Assembly: GCA_037445065.1 (NCBI GenBank)
Contig: JBBILD010000007.1
Coordinates: 1 to 64,000 of the forward strand
DNA: 64,000 nucleotides
DNA from: Myxococcales bacterium
GTDB lineage: Bacteria; Desulfobacterota; Binatia; HRBIN30
Direction of reading: 5' to 3'
Shown here: positions 17,851-28,400 of the stretch, piece after piece
Numbering within the stretch: the first letter of the stretch is position 1
Layout: each line of letters begins with the position of its first letter
Program-made: the position numbers and the translations under genes
Notes under the pieces: model-generated
Databases searched by the model: none
Seen by the model: only the letters and a program-made list of their open reading frames with translations
What the model was told of the DNA's origin: nothing

Positions 17851-20400
17851 ATGGGGACAGAAGGGTCGACTCGCCAGGAACACCGTGTCGAGTGGCTCTC
17901 GGCTAAGGCGCGGTTGTGGCTGATCGCGGTGGGGTTCGCTGTTGCGGGCGCGGGCCGAGTGGCCATCTGGTACGAAACCCGGGTTGCGCTCGCCACCGTG
18001 GCGCTGGTTGCCGGTGCGTTGCTGGCCGCGTGGGCCGCGGGCGCTCCGGCCAATCCCAGCGTGTCCCCGCCAGGACCGTTCGCGGGCTGGGGCCGGCGGG
18101 AATACGCGGGTTTGTTCACCGCCCTCGCGGGTACGGGGCTGTTCGCGTACGCCACCTACACCCTGTTCACCGCCTGGCAGGCGAGCTTCGACTGGGCCGC
18201 CCCGCTGATGGTGCTGGCGGTGGCAATCGCCAGCATCGGACTCGGCTGGCTCGACCATCACTGGCGGCGCCAGCACCGGCGGGAAGCGTGGTCATGGCGC
18301 GAGGTGCTGGCACTCGGCGCGCTCGTGGCGCTGGCTGCGTTCTTACGCTTTTACCGCATCCACTTCTTCCCGCCGACGGATGGCTTTGTGGCCATCGAAG
18401 AGGCCCAGTCGGGGCAGGGTGCGTGGGATATTTACGCGAACGGCGTGCGGCCATGGGAGTTTTTGCTCGACCGCTGGATGCCGGTTCCGTTCTTTCACTG
18501 GCTCGGGGTAGACCTCATTCCGCTGCGCATCCCGTTCATCATTGTGAGCGTGCTCACCGTGCTCGCCACCTACGTTCTGCTCCGACAACTGGTCACTTGG
18601 CCGGCGGCGTTGTTCGCCACCTTCTTGCTCACCGTGGCCCACTGGCACCTGCATTACGCGCGGCTTGCGCACAACATTTTTCCCACCACCCTGCTGAGCG
18701 TGATCGTCTGGACCCTGTGTATCCGCCAGGCGCAAACCGGTGGATTCCGCCTCTACCCGTGGATCGGTTTTTTCTGCGGATACTCTCTCTACGCGTACGC
18801 TGGCTACCGCGGCATCCCGATCATCGTGGCGGTGTTTCTGCTCGCCTTGCTGGTGCGTGCCTTCGTGCAATGGCGCACGGCATCCCCAGAACTCCTCGCC
18901 GCGGCGCGCCGGCAGTTCCTGCTCGCTGCCGGCGGCACCGCACTGGTCGGTGCGTTTTTCCTCGGCCCGGGCATCGTCCTCATTGACCGCTTGCGCCACA
19001 ACCCGATGTACTTTTTCGAGGCCTACATCCGCTCGTACAACAACAAGGAGTACTACACCTCGGACTGGGGCTCGTGGCTCGCCAAACGCTGGGAGCGGCA
19101 GATCCAAACCGCGCGCATCTTTCACCACTGGGGCGACACCGAGCAAGCGTACAACCTCCCCGGCGAGCCCATGCTCGACCCTGCCACCGGTGTCCTGTTT
19201 ACCACCGCATTGTTTTTCTGCGTGCTCTACTGGCGACGCCGTTTCCAAGGCTTTTTTGCTTTTGCCTTCCTGCTTCTCCTTTTCCTCGGCGCCACACTCA
19301 CACAAACACTGGTCGTCGCACGCTTGCAAATCGTGGTGCCACTCGCCTTCGTGCTGATCGGTTTCTTTGCGCACCGGGTGTGGACGCTCGCGCTGGCTGC
19401 CGGCAGTGCCGTGTGGCGCGCCGCGGTGGCCGGGGCGGCACTGGTGATTGCAGGAGCGGCGCTGGCCTACAACTGGGAAGAGTACTTCGGGCGCACGATG
19501 CATAGCCCCGTGGTGCGGGCCGTGTACCGCAACTACTACACGACGGCGATCGTGTACCTGCGCTCGTTGCCGGACCAGGCGTTTTTGTACCTGGTGAGCG
19601 ACATGCACAACTTTTTCTCGCCGAGCGACTATGCGTGGTGGCGCGGCTTTCGGGTGCCCGGCAAGGTGTCGTTCGACTTGTACCCGCTCTTAAGCGGGGC
19701 GCGCGGCCCGTGGAACGGGCGCGAGTTACACGTCCTCATCCAGCGGCCCTTCGAGCAGCCCGAACTGAGTTCCCTGCTGCGCGACTACTTCCCCTCTGCC
19801 GAGTGCCGCTTGATCCAACACCCCGAGGGTTACCCGCACTTGGATCAAACCGCCTGCCGCATCCCCGACCAACTACCGCGCCTGCCGCCACGCTCGCAGT
19901 TGCGCGCGCGCTACTTTGCGCTCGGCCAGGACCCCCCTCTGCTCGAGCGACCCGAGCCAGCGGTGAGCTGGGCTCTGGTTCCCGACGCATGCACGGTATT
20001 CGGCGGGAGCGAGGAAAAACGCTGCAAGGCGGAGTGGGAGGGAACCTTCGTGTTGCCCGCCGGAGGCGAGTGGGAACTCGCCATCGAAGCGCGCAACGCC
20101 AAGGTAGAAGGAAAACTGGATGGGGACGAAATCCGCGCTCGCTCCGGGGTGCCGATCGAGGGGTATCTGCTCGGCGGGATCATGACCGCGGAGCGGCGCA
20201 AGCTGGCCGCAGGCGAGCACCGGCTGCAACTGACCGCCGAGTTCAGCGCCAGTACAGATATCGGCGTGCGGGTGCGGGTGCGCGACGGGCACGGCCCCTG
20301 GCAACTGCTGCGCTTCGACGAGGCCGTAGGTTCCGGCCCGGCACCGGCAAACGCCGAGCAAGCAGCCGCTGCGCCGGTGGGGCCGGCCGCAGCGCGGTGA
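17851..20400 (+). CDS. ArnT/PMT_2-like GT-C membrane glycosyltransferase with C-terminal PA14-like domain
   Basis: Multiple TMs; FLRFYRI..FP...VAIEEA; WHLHYAR; YNLPGEPMLD; C-terminal AEWEGTFVLPAGGEWEL...LAAGEHRLQL resembles PA14. Confidence 0.75.
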   Translation: MGTEGSTRQEHRVEWLSAKARLWLIAVGFAVAGAGRVAIWYETRVALATVALVAGALLAAWAAGAPANPSVSPPGPFAGWGRREYAGLFTALAGTGLFAYATYTLFTAWQASFDWAAPLMVLAVAIASIGLGWLDHHWRRQHRREAWSWREVLALGALVALAAFLRFYRIHFFPPTDGFVAIEEAQSGQGAWDIYANGVRPWEFLLDRWMPVPFFHWLGVDLIPLRIPFIIVSVLTVLATYVLLRQLVTWPAALFATFLLTVAHWHLHYARLAHNIFPTTLLSVIVWTLCIRQAQTGGFRLYPWIGFFCGYSLYAYAGYRGIPIIVAVFLLALLVRAFVQWRTASPELLAAARRQFLLAAGGTALVGAFFLGPGIVLIDRLRHNPMYFFEAYIRSYNNKEYYTSDWGSWLAKRWERQIQTARIFHHWGDTEQAYNLPGEPMLDPATGVLFTTALFFCVLYWRRRFQGFFAFAFLLLLFLGATLTQTLVVARLQIVVPLAFVLIGFFAHRVWTLALAAGSAVWRAAVAGAALVIAGAALAYNWEEYFGRTMHSPVVRAVYRNYYTTAIVYLRSLPDQAFLYLVSDMHNFFSPSDYAWWRGFRVPGKVSFDLYPLLSGARGPWNGRELHVLIQRPFEQPELSSLLRDYFPSAECRLIQHPEGYPHLDQTACRIPDQLPRLPPRSQLRARYFALGQDPPLLERPEPAVSWALVPDACTVFGGSEEKRCKAEWEGTFVLPAGGEWELAIEARNAKVEGKLDGDEIRARSGVPIEGYLLGGIMTAERRKLAAGEHRLQLTAEFSASTDIGVRVRVRDGHGPWQLLRFDEAVGSGPAPANAEQAAAAPVGPAAAR

Positions 20401-20406
20401 GCACCG

Positions 20407-21465
20407 ATGAGCGAGGCGAGCAGCGTGGGTGCGCCCGCGGAAAGCATGCACGAGCGGCTGATTTTCGTCGTCGGTCCGCCCCGCTCGGGAACCACGTTGC
20501 TCATGCGCATGCTCGGCGCACACTCGCAAATTTACACCCGTGCCGAACCGCACCTTTTGCCGCCGCTTGCGCACCTGGGGTTTTACGATACGGTGGACGC
20601 CGCGCCCTTCGACCACCTGCAAGCAGCGCAAGCGGTGCGCGAGTTCGTGGCCGAGCTGCCACGGGGCGAGCAAGACTACCTGGATGCGTGCCGCGCGTAT
20701 TGCGACGTCCTGTACGGCCGCATGCTGGCCGCGCGCGGGCGCGGGAAGCGTTTCTTTCTCGACAAAACCCCGGCCAACGCGCTCATCCTGCCCTTTCTTT
20801 CGCGCTTGTACCCGCGCGCCAAATACATCGTCCTCCTGCGCCACCCGGCGGCGATTTTCAGCTCGTACGCGAACTCCTTTTTCGACGGGGATTACGAAGC
20901 CGCACGGCGTTTCAACCCGATCCTCAACCGCTACGTACCGGCCATGGCGCGCTTCCTGCGCGAGCGACCCGTGCCCATGGTCGTGGTGCGCTACGAAGAA
21001 CTGGTCCAGAACCCAGAAGCGGAGATGCGCAAGGTATTCGAGTTCGTGGGCGTGCCGTTCGAACCAGACACGATCGAGTACGGCAAGCACGAGTTCGAGT
21101 CGCGTGGGCTGGGCGACCCGGTAACTGTCAACCGCCAGGTTCGACCGGTTACCGACTCGGTCGAGCGATGGGCGGAAGAACTGGCGCGCGAACCGGCCAA
21201 GTTGCGGATCGTGGAAGCCATGGTGGAGGCGATCCCCGACGAGGATTTGGACACCTGGGGCTTCCCGCGCAACACCTTCTTTGCTCCGGTCGAAGCCGCG
21301 CGCGCGCGCGGACAACTGCCGCCGCCGCGCCGTCTGCCGCTCGATCGCTTTCGCTTGCAGCGCAAGCTGCTGCGCGTGGCACGGCACTGGGTGCACCGCG
21401 TGCCGTTGCTCGAAAAACTGGTGCGGCAGGTGCGCTTGCTGTGCGACGTCTTGCTACGCGGCTAG
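20407..21465 (+). CDS. PAPS-dependent sulfotransferase (Sulfotransfer_3-like)
   Basis: VGPPRSGTTLL (5'-PSB loop), DKTP, LLRHPAAIFSS, VRYEELV; 6-bp gap after the GT-C gene. Confidence 0.92.
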   Translation: MSEASSVGAPAESMHERLIFVVGPPRSGTTLLMRMLGAHSQIYTRAEPHLLPPLAHLGFYDTVDAAPFDHLQAAQAVREFVAELPRGEQDYLDACRAYCDVLYGRMLAARGRGKRFFLDKTPANALILPFLSRLYPRAKYIVLLRHPAAIFSSYANSFFDGDYEAARRFNPILNRYVPAMARFLRERPVPMVVVRYEELVQNPEAEMRKVFEFVGVPFEPDTIEYGKHEFESRGLGDPVTVNRQVRPVTDSVERWAEELAREPAKLRIVEAMVEAIPDEDLDTWGFPRNTFFAPVEAARARGQLPPPRRLPLDRFRLQRKLLRVARHWVHRVPLLEKLVRQVRLLCDVLLRG

Positions 21466-21601
21466 TGCGGCGGACACGGAGATCCGAGTCGGGGCCCTCC
21501 AGGTGGCGCTGCACCGCACCCGGTTCGAGGGACTCCGCCGGGGGCCATCGGCGCCGGCCGAAACACGCCACTGCTCCGAGCGGCGCTTACCGGCGACTTC
21601 C

Positions 21602-22747
21602 TCAAGCGGCGCTAACGGCTGCCTTCGTTTCGCCCGCGCGCGCTTCCGCGTAAAGCCGCTGGCGCTCGAGGTAGGCTTTGCGCACCAACTCGACGTCGCG
21701 CAAAAACGGCTCGAGTTCGGACAAGAGCAGCGCCTGCGGCCCGTCGCACAACGCTTGCTCGGGGCGGGGGTGAAAGTCCACCAACACCATGTTGGCACCG
21801 GCAATGATGCCCTGCGCGGTCACGTGGGCGATGTCCAGAATCCCGTCCGGCGCCATCGTCTTCTTGCCCACCGAATGCGAGGGATCGATGCACACCGGCA
21901 GGCGCGTCAGGCGCTTGACCACCGGCACGTGTGCAAAGTCCACGAAGTTGCGGTGTGGATCGCCCAAGTGGGTCTTCATCCCGCGCAGGCAAAAGACGAT
22001 GCGGTGATTGCCGCCGGTGGCCAAGTACTCGCACGCATTCAAGGACTCATCGAGCGTGATCCCCATGCCGCGTTTGAACAACACCGGGAAGTCGTTCTGC
22101 GCGCCCACGGCTTTGAGCAGCTCGAAGTTCTGCGCGTTGCGGGTGCCGATCTGCAGCATCACTCCGGTGGGGTTTCCTGCCTCTGCCAACGCTTTGCGAA
22201 TTTCGTCCACGTGCGACTCGTGGGTGACCTCCATGGCAACGATCTTGATTCCGTACTTGCCGGCCAGCTCGAAGACATACGGCAAACAATGCTTGCCGTG
22301 GCCCTGGAAGTCGTAAGGGCTGGTGCGTGGCTTGTAGGCGCCCGCACGGGTGGTGGTGAGGCCGACGTCGCGCAGCGCGCGGAACATCAGCTCCACGTTT
22401 TCGCGCGAATCCACCGCACACAGCCCGGCGAACACGTGAAACGTATCTTGGGTGAAACGGATGCCGTTGTATTCGAAGCCGACCACTTCCGCCTGCCCCT
22501 CGTGACGGCCAATGGCCCGGTATTTTTCCCGGATACGGATCACTTTCTCTACCGCTTCCATTTCCTCGAAGGGCTCGACCGGAACCGAGGTGGTGGGTCC
22601 GAGCAAATAGACTTCGGTCAGCACCCGCGTCGCACCCTGGATTTTACGCACTTCGGCGCGCACTTCCGGGAAGCGCTCGGCAAGCTTGACCACCTCCCGA
22701 ACCTCGGGGGCGTCTGGGTCAATGTCGGCTTTCATGACGATGATCAT
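21602..22747 (-). CDS. aroF: 3-deoxy-7-phosphoheptulonate (DAHP) synthase, type I-beta
   Basis: MIIVMK N-terminal regulatory domain; GAYKPRTSPYDFQG, QIGTRNAQNFELL, DPSH, ALCDGPQ. Confidence 0.88.
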   Translation of the reverse strand: MIIVMKADIDPDAPEVREVVKLAERFPEVRAEVRKIQGATRVLTEVYLLGPTTSVPVEPFEEMEAVEKVIRIREKYRAIGRHEGQAEVVGFEYNGIRFTQDTFHVFAGLCAVDSRENVELMFRALRDVGLTTTRAGAYKPRTSPYDFQGHGKHCLPYVFELAGKYGIKIVAMEVTHESHVDEIRKALAEAGNPTGVMLQIGTRNAQNFELLKAVGAQNDFPVLFKRGMGITLDESLNACEYLATGGNHRIVFCLRGMKTHLGDPHRNFVDFAHVPVVKRLTRLPVCIDPSHSVGKKTMAPDGILDIAHVTAQGIIAGANMVLVDFHPRPEQALCDGPQALLLSELEPFLRDVELVRKAYLERQRLYAEARAGETKAAVSAA

Positions 22748-22884
22748 GGCTGCTCGTGCCCGTGGTTGGCCGGAGTTGATAGCGTCCTTTGCCAGCAAGC
22801 CGCAAGCGCGCGGGTCTCTACCACGGTTTCCAAAGCGTGGGGCCCAGGTGTCGCTGGCTGCAGGACCACTCCCCGAGGGGTGCC

Positions 22885-25461
22885 TCAGGGCATCGGCAGG
22901 CGGCGGATCTCGCCCTCGAGTGTGGTGACCAGAAGTTCCTCGCGCGTGCCGGCGCGCAGGGCGATGCCGAGAGGGGTGCGCGCCGCGTTGCCCTCTTGTA
23001 CCGCCAGGGAGTGCAGCAGTTTGCCCTGTGGGTCGTAGCAGCGGACCTCGTGCCGGAGAGGGACCGTCAGCCACAACCGCCCTTTGCGGTCGAAGGTCAT
23101 CTGCGGTTCCGAAAAAGCCTGGCTGGCCAAGCCCTCCACCGGGAAGGTCCGTACCAACCGCCCCTCAGGGTCGAACACGACGATGCGAGCGTTGCCATTG
23201 TCGGCGACAAACACCGAACCGTCGCGCGCCACGGCGATGCCGATCGGCTCCCGCAACCGCCCGGCCTCGTCACCCGTCTTCCATTCCGCGAGTTCCTTCC
23301 CCTGCGCATCGAACACCAACACACGGTCGTTGCCGGAGTCCGCTACGAACACCCGTCCGTCCGGCCCGATGGCAACGCCGCGTGGCGAGAAGAAGCCCCC
23401 CAGCAGTTGCCGCCGGAAAGCGCCACTGGGCGCCAGCACCTGGATGCGATGGTTCCAAGTATCGGCCACGTACAGCTCTCCGTTGGGGGCCAGAGCCACG
23501 CCGCACGGCTGGCGGAAGCGCAGCGGCTCGGCTCCTGTACCGCCGAGAGAGCGCAGTGGTTTTAGCTCGCGATCGAACCACTCGAGCCGATCTTTCCCGA
23601 AATTGCTCACCACCAGCGAACCATCCGGCAGCACCGCCAAGGCGCGCGGCTCCCGCAGCTCGCCGTCAACCGGCTTTTCCTCCGCCGTCGGCGCGGGCAG
23701 CTCCGCTGCTGGCTGAGGCGCCTTCGCTGGCGCCCCCGGCGGAACCAAAAGCCCGATGGCAAACACTTCTCCTCTTCGAGGCGGGTAGCGCAGTTCGACC
23801 GTTTCGTGCTGCGGATAGCGGCGCGCCAGTTCTTGCAGCACGATGCCGGACACGGGGTTGTTTCCCAACAAAAAGGCAAGACCTTTGTCGCGCGGTTCCG
23901 GCAGTGGCAAGGTGAGCAGCGCCACTACGTCGGGAAGCCACACGAAACGAGGGATGAACGGGTCGCCCCCCTGATACGTGAGGTAAATGAGCGTGTCGTT
24001 CGGGAAGTTGGCGCCGCCCACCCACACCCGGTAGCGCGGCATGATGGAGGCCATGTACTGCCCGAGCACCGTGGTCTCCGGATAAAACCCCCACACCACG
24101 CGCCGGTTGGGCCCGAGGAACTGTGCGTACGTCGCCACCGCGGAGGCCGCCACCACGGCGGCCGCCAACAACCCACCGATCGTTGTTCCGAGGCGCCGCG
24201 GCAGAACGCGGGCGACTTCGCGCACGAAGTAAGTGACCCCCAGGCCGGCAAAGAAAAACACGAACGGCATGGTGCCCACATTGCGGTTCAGGTTGGGGTT
24301 ACTGAGCACCCCGGGCAAAAGCCCTACCGCGAACCCGAGCAGAAGGAACTGCGCGCGCACGTCGCGCAGTTGCACGAGGCACCAAAGCAGCCCAAAGGCG
24401 AAGAACACCGCTGCCCAAAACTCGAGGCCCGGGGTGGTGGTAAAGAAGTCATCGCCGTTGGCCCGCCAATGGAACATCAGGGCAGTCGTGCGCAGTGCGT
24501 TCCACACCGAGTAATTTTCCATCAGGTACTGGGCGCGGGCGTTGAACTTCTGCCAGTTGTTGATCGCGTACCACGCCAGTGGGGCGACGCTCACCAAGCA
24601 GGCTACCGCTCCGGCCAAGTACCCCCGCCCATAGGCTCGCCAGAAGCCCCGCCAGGTCCAACCTTGGAGGGTAAAGAGCGGGATCCACACCAAAAACAGC
24701 AGCGGGAAGGCGCGGGCAGCGTTGTAGGTGTTCAGGGTGGCGGCCATGCCGACGCCGGCCAGGGCAAAGTCCAGCGCACGGCGCGTCTCCATGCCGCGGA
24801 TGAAGAAGCAGCAGGTGATCACGGTGAACAACGGTTGGAAGTCGGAGCGCCAACCACTGCGGCTGAACACCAAGCTCCAGCCGGACACACCGAAGAGCGC
24901 GGTCACCAACAAGGCCGTGCGGGCGCCGAACATGAGGCGTGCCCACCAGTACAAGAAGGGCAAGAGCAAGATGCCGGCGACCACCGAGGGCAGAATGACG
25001 GCAAGCGGTACGTTGCCGAGCCACCACACAGTGAGCGCGCGGAAGTAAAAGGTCAGGGTCTCGCGGCCCCACGCCGCGGAAATGAACGGTGTGTAGGGGG
25101 CGCCGTTCAGGATATGAAGCGCGTACTGCCCCTCCCAAGCGGCATCGTGATTGAGCCCAGGTGGAAACTCGGAAAGCTTGTACACTTTGAAAAACCAGCC
25201 GAGGGCCAGCACCGCGAGCGCCAACGCCCATTCCACCCGCACAGGCAGCGCCTCCTCGCGGGCGCTCGGCAGAGTCGGGGCGCGGCCTCCAACCACCTGC
25301 GCGAGCAGAAACAGCAGCACCGCGCTGCCCCATCCCACAGCCGCACGAAACGGCACGAATTCGATACTCAAGAAGTACTGGCCGGCGAGCGCAGCCGCCA
25401 GCGAGGCGAGAGCGAAGAGCGCGCGCAGAGCGGCCCGTCCCTTACGACCCTTTGGCTCCAT
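22885..25461 (-). CDS. GT-C (ArnT/PMT_2-like) membrane glycosyltransferase fused to NHL repeats
   Basis: FPPGLNHDAA loop after TM, WSLVFSR; NHL repeats PCGVALAPNGELYVADTWNHRIQV, PRGVAIGPDGRVFVADSGNDRV, PIGIAVARDGSVFVADNGNARI. Confidence 0.85.
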   Translation of the reverse strand: MEPKGRKGRAALRALFALASLAAALAGQYFLSIEFVPFRAAVGWGSAVLLFLLAQVVGGRAPTLPSAREEALPVRVEWALALAVLALGWFFKVYKLSEFPPGLNHDAAWEGQYALHILNGAPYTPFISAAWGRETLTFYFRALTVWWLGNVPLAVILPSVVAGILLLPFLYWWARLMFGARTALLVTALFGVSGWSLVFSRSGWRSDFQPLFTVITCCFFIRGMETRRALDFALAGVGMAATLNTYNAARAFPLLFLVWIPLFTLQGWTWRGFWRAYGRGYLAGAVACLVSVAPLAWYAINNWQKFNARAQYLMENYSVWNALRTTALMFHWRANGDDFFTTTPGLEFWAAVFFAFGLLWCLVQLRDVRAQFLLLGFAVGLLPGVLSNPNLNRNVGTMPFVFFFAGLGVTYFVREVARVLPRRLGTTIGGLLAAAVVAASAVATYAQFLGPNRRVVWGFYPETTVLGQYMASIMPRYRVWVGGANFPNDTLIYLTYQGGDPFIPRFVWLPDVVALLTLPLPEPRDKGLAFLLGNNPVSGIVLQELARRYPQHETVELRYPPRRGEVFAIGLLVPPGAPAKAPQPAAELPAPTAEEKPVDGELREPRALAVLPDGSLVVSNFGKDRLEWFDRELKPLRSLGGTGAEPLRFRQPCGVALAPNGELYVADTWNHRIQVLAPSGAFRRQLLGGFFSPRGVAIGPDGRVFVADSGNDRVLVFDAQGKELAEWKTGDEAGRLREPIGIAVARDGSVFVADNGNARIVVFDPEGRLVRTFPVEGLASQAFSEPQMTFDRKGRLWLTVPLRHEVRCYDPQGKLLHSLAVQEGNAARTPLGIALRAGTREELLVTTLEGEIRRLPMP

Positions 25462-28400
25462 GACGAATCCGAACCAAGCGGCCATCCAGATCGCTGATCA
25501 CCAGCTCGCCGCGCGCGGGATCGAAGGCGATACCCATGGGCGTGTCGAACACCACGCCCGCCGAGCCATCGCCGTGGATGGTACGCAGCAGTTTGCCCGC
25601 TGCGTCGTAGCACCGCACTTCCTTTTCTCCCGGTACCGTGAGGCAAAGGTTTCCGGCGCCGTCGAGGGTCAAATGCGGCTCGGAGAACACCTTGCTCTCC
25701 CAGCCGCGGACCGGAAACTGAGTGAGAAACCGGCCATCCGGGCGGAACACCTGCACGCGCCCGTTGCCGTTGTCGGCAACGAAGACGCGGTCTTGAGCAT
25801 CCACCACGATACCCACCGGCTCGAAGAATTGGCCGGGGTCTTCGCCCTTGCCGCCCCATTCCGCCAGCTTTTGCCCTTGTGCCGAGTAGCGCAAGATGCG
25901 GTTGTTCCCGGTATCGGCCACGAACACGGTCCCGTGGCGGTCCACCGCGATGCCGCGCGGGCCGTACAGATTTTCCCCGAATTCGCGCAGGTACTTGCCG
26001 GCCGTATCGAACACTTGCACGCGGCCGTTCCAAGTGTCGGCCACGAAAATCTCGCCGTTGGCAGCGACGGCGACCCCGCACGGCTCTTTGAACTGCCCGG
26101 GCAGCTCACCCTGTCGGCCCCACGTACGTTTGAAGGCCAGGTCGGGTCCGAACACTTGGATGCGGTTGTTTCCGAAGTCGCAAACGATCACCTCCCCTTG
26201 TGGACTCACCGCCACGCCGCGCGGCTGCGAGAGCACGCCCGGGGCATCGGGTATGCGTGGGGGTTCGGGGACCTCGCCTTCGACTCGCTCTACCTCCTCG
26301 ATCGCGGTCACCGGCATCGAGCCGGCAAAGCGGCCGTTTACGGCAAAAATCGTTACCGCTTCGTTTTGGTAAATCGGCGTCAGTACGTCGCGCCACTCGA
26401 GGAAACGCTCCAAGTTGCCACCGGCGTACGTGCGCCGCTCGAGCGGGCCCACGTACACCAAGCTCACGCGGTAACGGTCGAGGATCCGCTGCAAGGTGTC
26501 CTTGCTGTCGGTCGTGTAAGCGATCTGCACGTCGGCCTTGCGCTGGTTGATCTCGTTCCAACTGTGGGCGCGCTGGTAAACGTGGTAGGCCCAACCCAAA
26601 ACCGTGGGCAAGCCGGTGTTCATCGAGACGCGGGTGAACTCCTGGTACGAGTCGCCGTGCGCCTCCAGGACGTAAGGAATGCCGCGCACGTTCCGATTGA
26701 GCCATTGGAAGGCCGCGTACTCGTGCGGAGAACGCAAGCGCAAATACGCCATTCCGTCGAGGGTCGGCTTCGGTGTAGGGACGCGATTCGTTCGCAAAAT
26801 CCCGATCACGTCGGTGACCGCAGTGAACACGCCGACGGCACACAGGGCCACAAAACCGAGCCGCCACACCGGCGTGAACCAGGCAAGCCGCAAGCCGTTT
26901 TCGCCGCGCCATAAGGCGGCTGCAGCAACCGCGCCGGCGAGCGAGTAAAGGAGCCAGCTTTCCAGGTAAAACTTGAAGATGGTGTTCATCCGGTCCCACA
27001 CGTACACGAGGTCGGTGCCCGCCGGGATGGCAAGTGCAAAGCTCGCCAGCGCCAGCGGCAGGCGCCAGGTGCGCGGGATGCGCAGGGAAAGCAACAATTG
27101 CAAAGCGAGCAGGAAGAGCACGATCATCCCCGCGCGGGTGGATGCGGCGAACCCCGCCCCGATGAGGAGCCAAAGCGCAAACCAGGCGAGGCGGCGGGGC
27201 CAGGACAAGACCCCGTCCTCGCTGACGAGGAGCTTACCCCACAACAGCCAAAGCCAGGGAACCAAGGCGAACAAGAAGACCCCGAAAATGGTGAAGAAGT
27301 CCGCCGGCTGAACGAGTTTTTCCGGGCCCAAACGCTCCCAACCAAAGTTCCGTTCCGGGGCGACGAAGGTGGCCCAGTACGGCCAGTACAAGAGGTAGGA
27401 GAGCACCAGCACGGCGATCGCCACCGCCACCACGCGCCACAGGAACCCGCCCACCAGGCTCAGGGTCCCTCGATGGTGGCTCTCGGTAAGCCACACCGTC
27501 CCCAACACGTACAAGAGCAGCAGCACATAGGTCGGCGTGCTCCACGTGTTGGTCACGGTGATGGCGCCCATGGTCAGCGCCATACCGAGGAGCAGGACGA
27601 GGGAGTTGGCGGCCGGCAGCGCCTCGGGTGGGTCCATCAGGCGGCTACGCACCCAACGCACCAAGAAGGCCAAGAAGGTGAGGCTCAGGGGCATCACCAT
27701 CACGTGCGCGTGCAAGTCGGCAAACAAAAAACTCCAGAAGGGAAACTCGTTGATGGTGTCGCGAATCACGCGCGAGGTCGCCCAGTAATAATCGAAGTTG
27801 ATCCGCGGGTGCGGTCCGAGCAGTTCCCGGGGGCCGGCCAAGTTGCCGATCAGTACCGCCAGAAACGAGGCGAGCAAGCCCACGCCCCAGCGATCGCTCA
27901 TCATGGTTGCGGCCGCAAACACGGAGGAAGCAGTGAGGCCCGCGATCAGCGCAATCCCCAAGTTGTAGGCGACGGCCGGATCGAGGTTCAGCGTCTTTCC
28001 CAAAGCCGCCACCAGGAAATATCCGAAGTAACTGTAGTGCAGCGGCGAGCCGGCAAACCACGGCTCCGGAGGGGGCATGAAGGTGGAGCGGTACATGGCG
28101 TTCAGGAAGGAGAAGTCCATCGGCTTCTCGCCCCAGTAAATCTCGGGGTTGAAGGCGCGCACGGCGAGGAAGAAGCCGAAGGCACCCCAAAAGAGTCCCT
28201 CGCTTGCCCACACCTCGCCCCACGACATGGGTACGCGGCCGTGAGCGCGCCAGCCGAGCACGCCCCCTAGCACGAAGGCGGCGAGCAAGGCGGTGAGCGT
28301 GCCGATTTCGAACGGTGCGATTCGAAAGGAGGCGAGCAGCCACGCCAAATAGCCGAAGAGCAGCACCCCGATGGTTTTGCTGAGGCCGAGCGTGCCGGGG

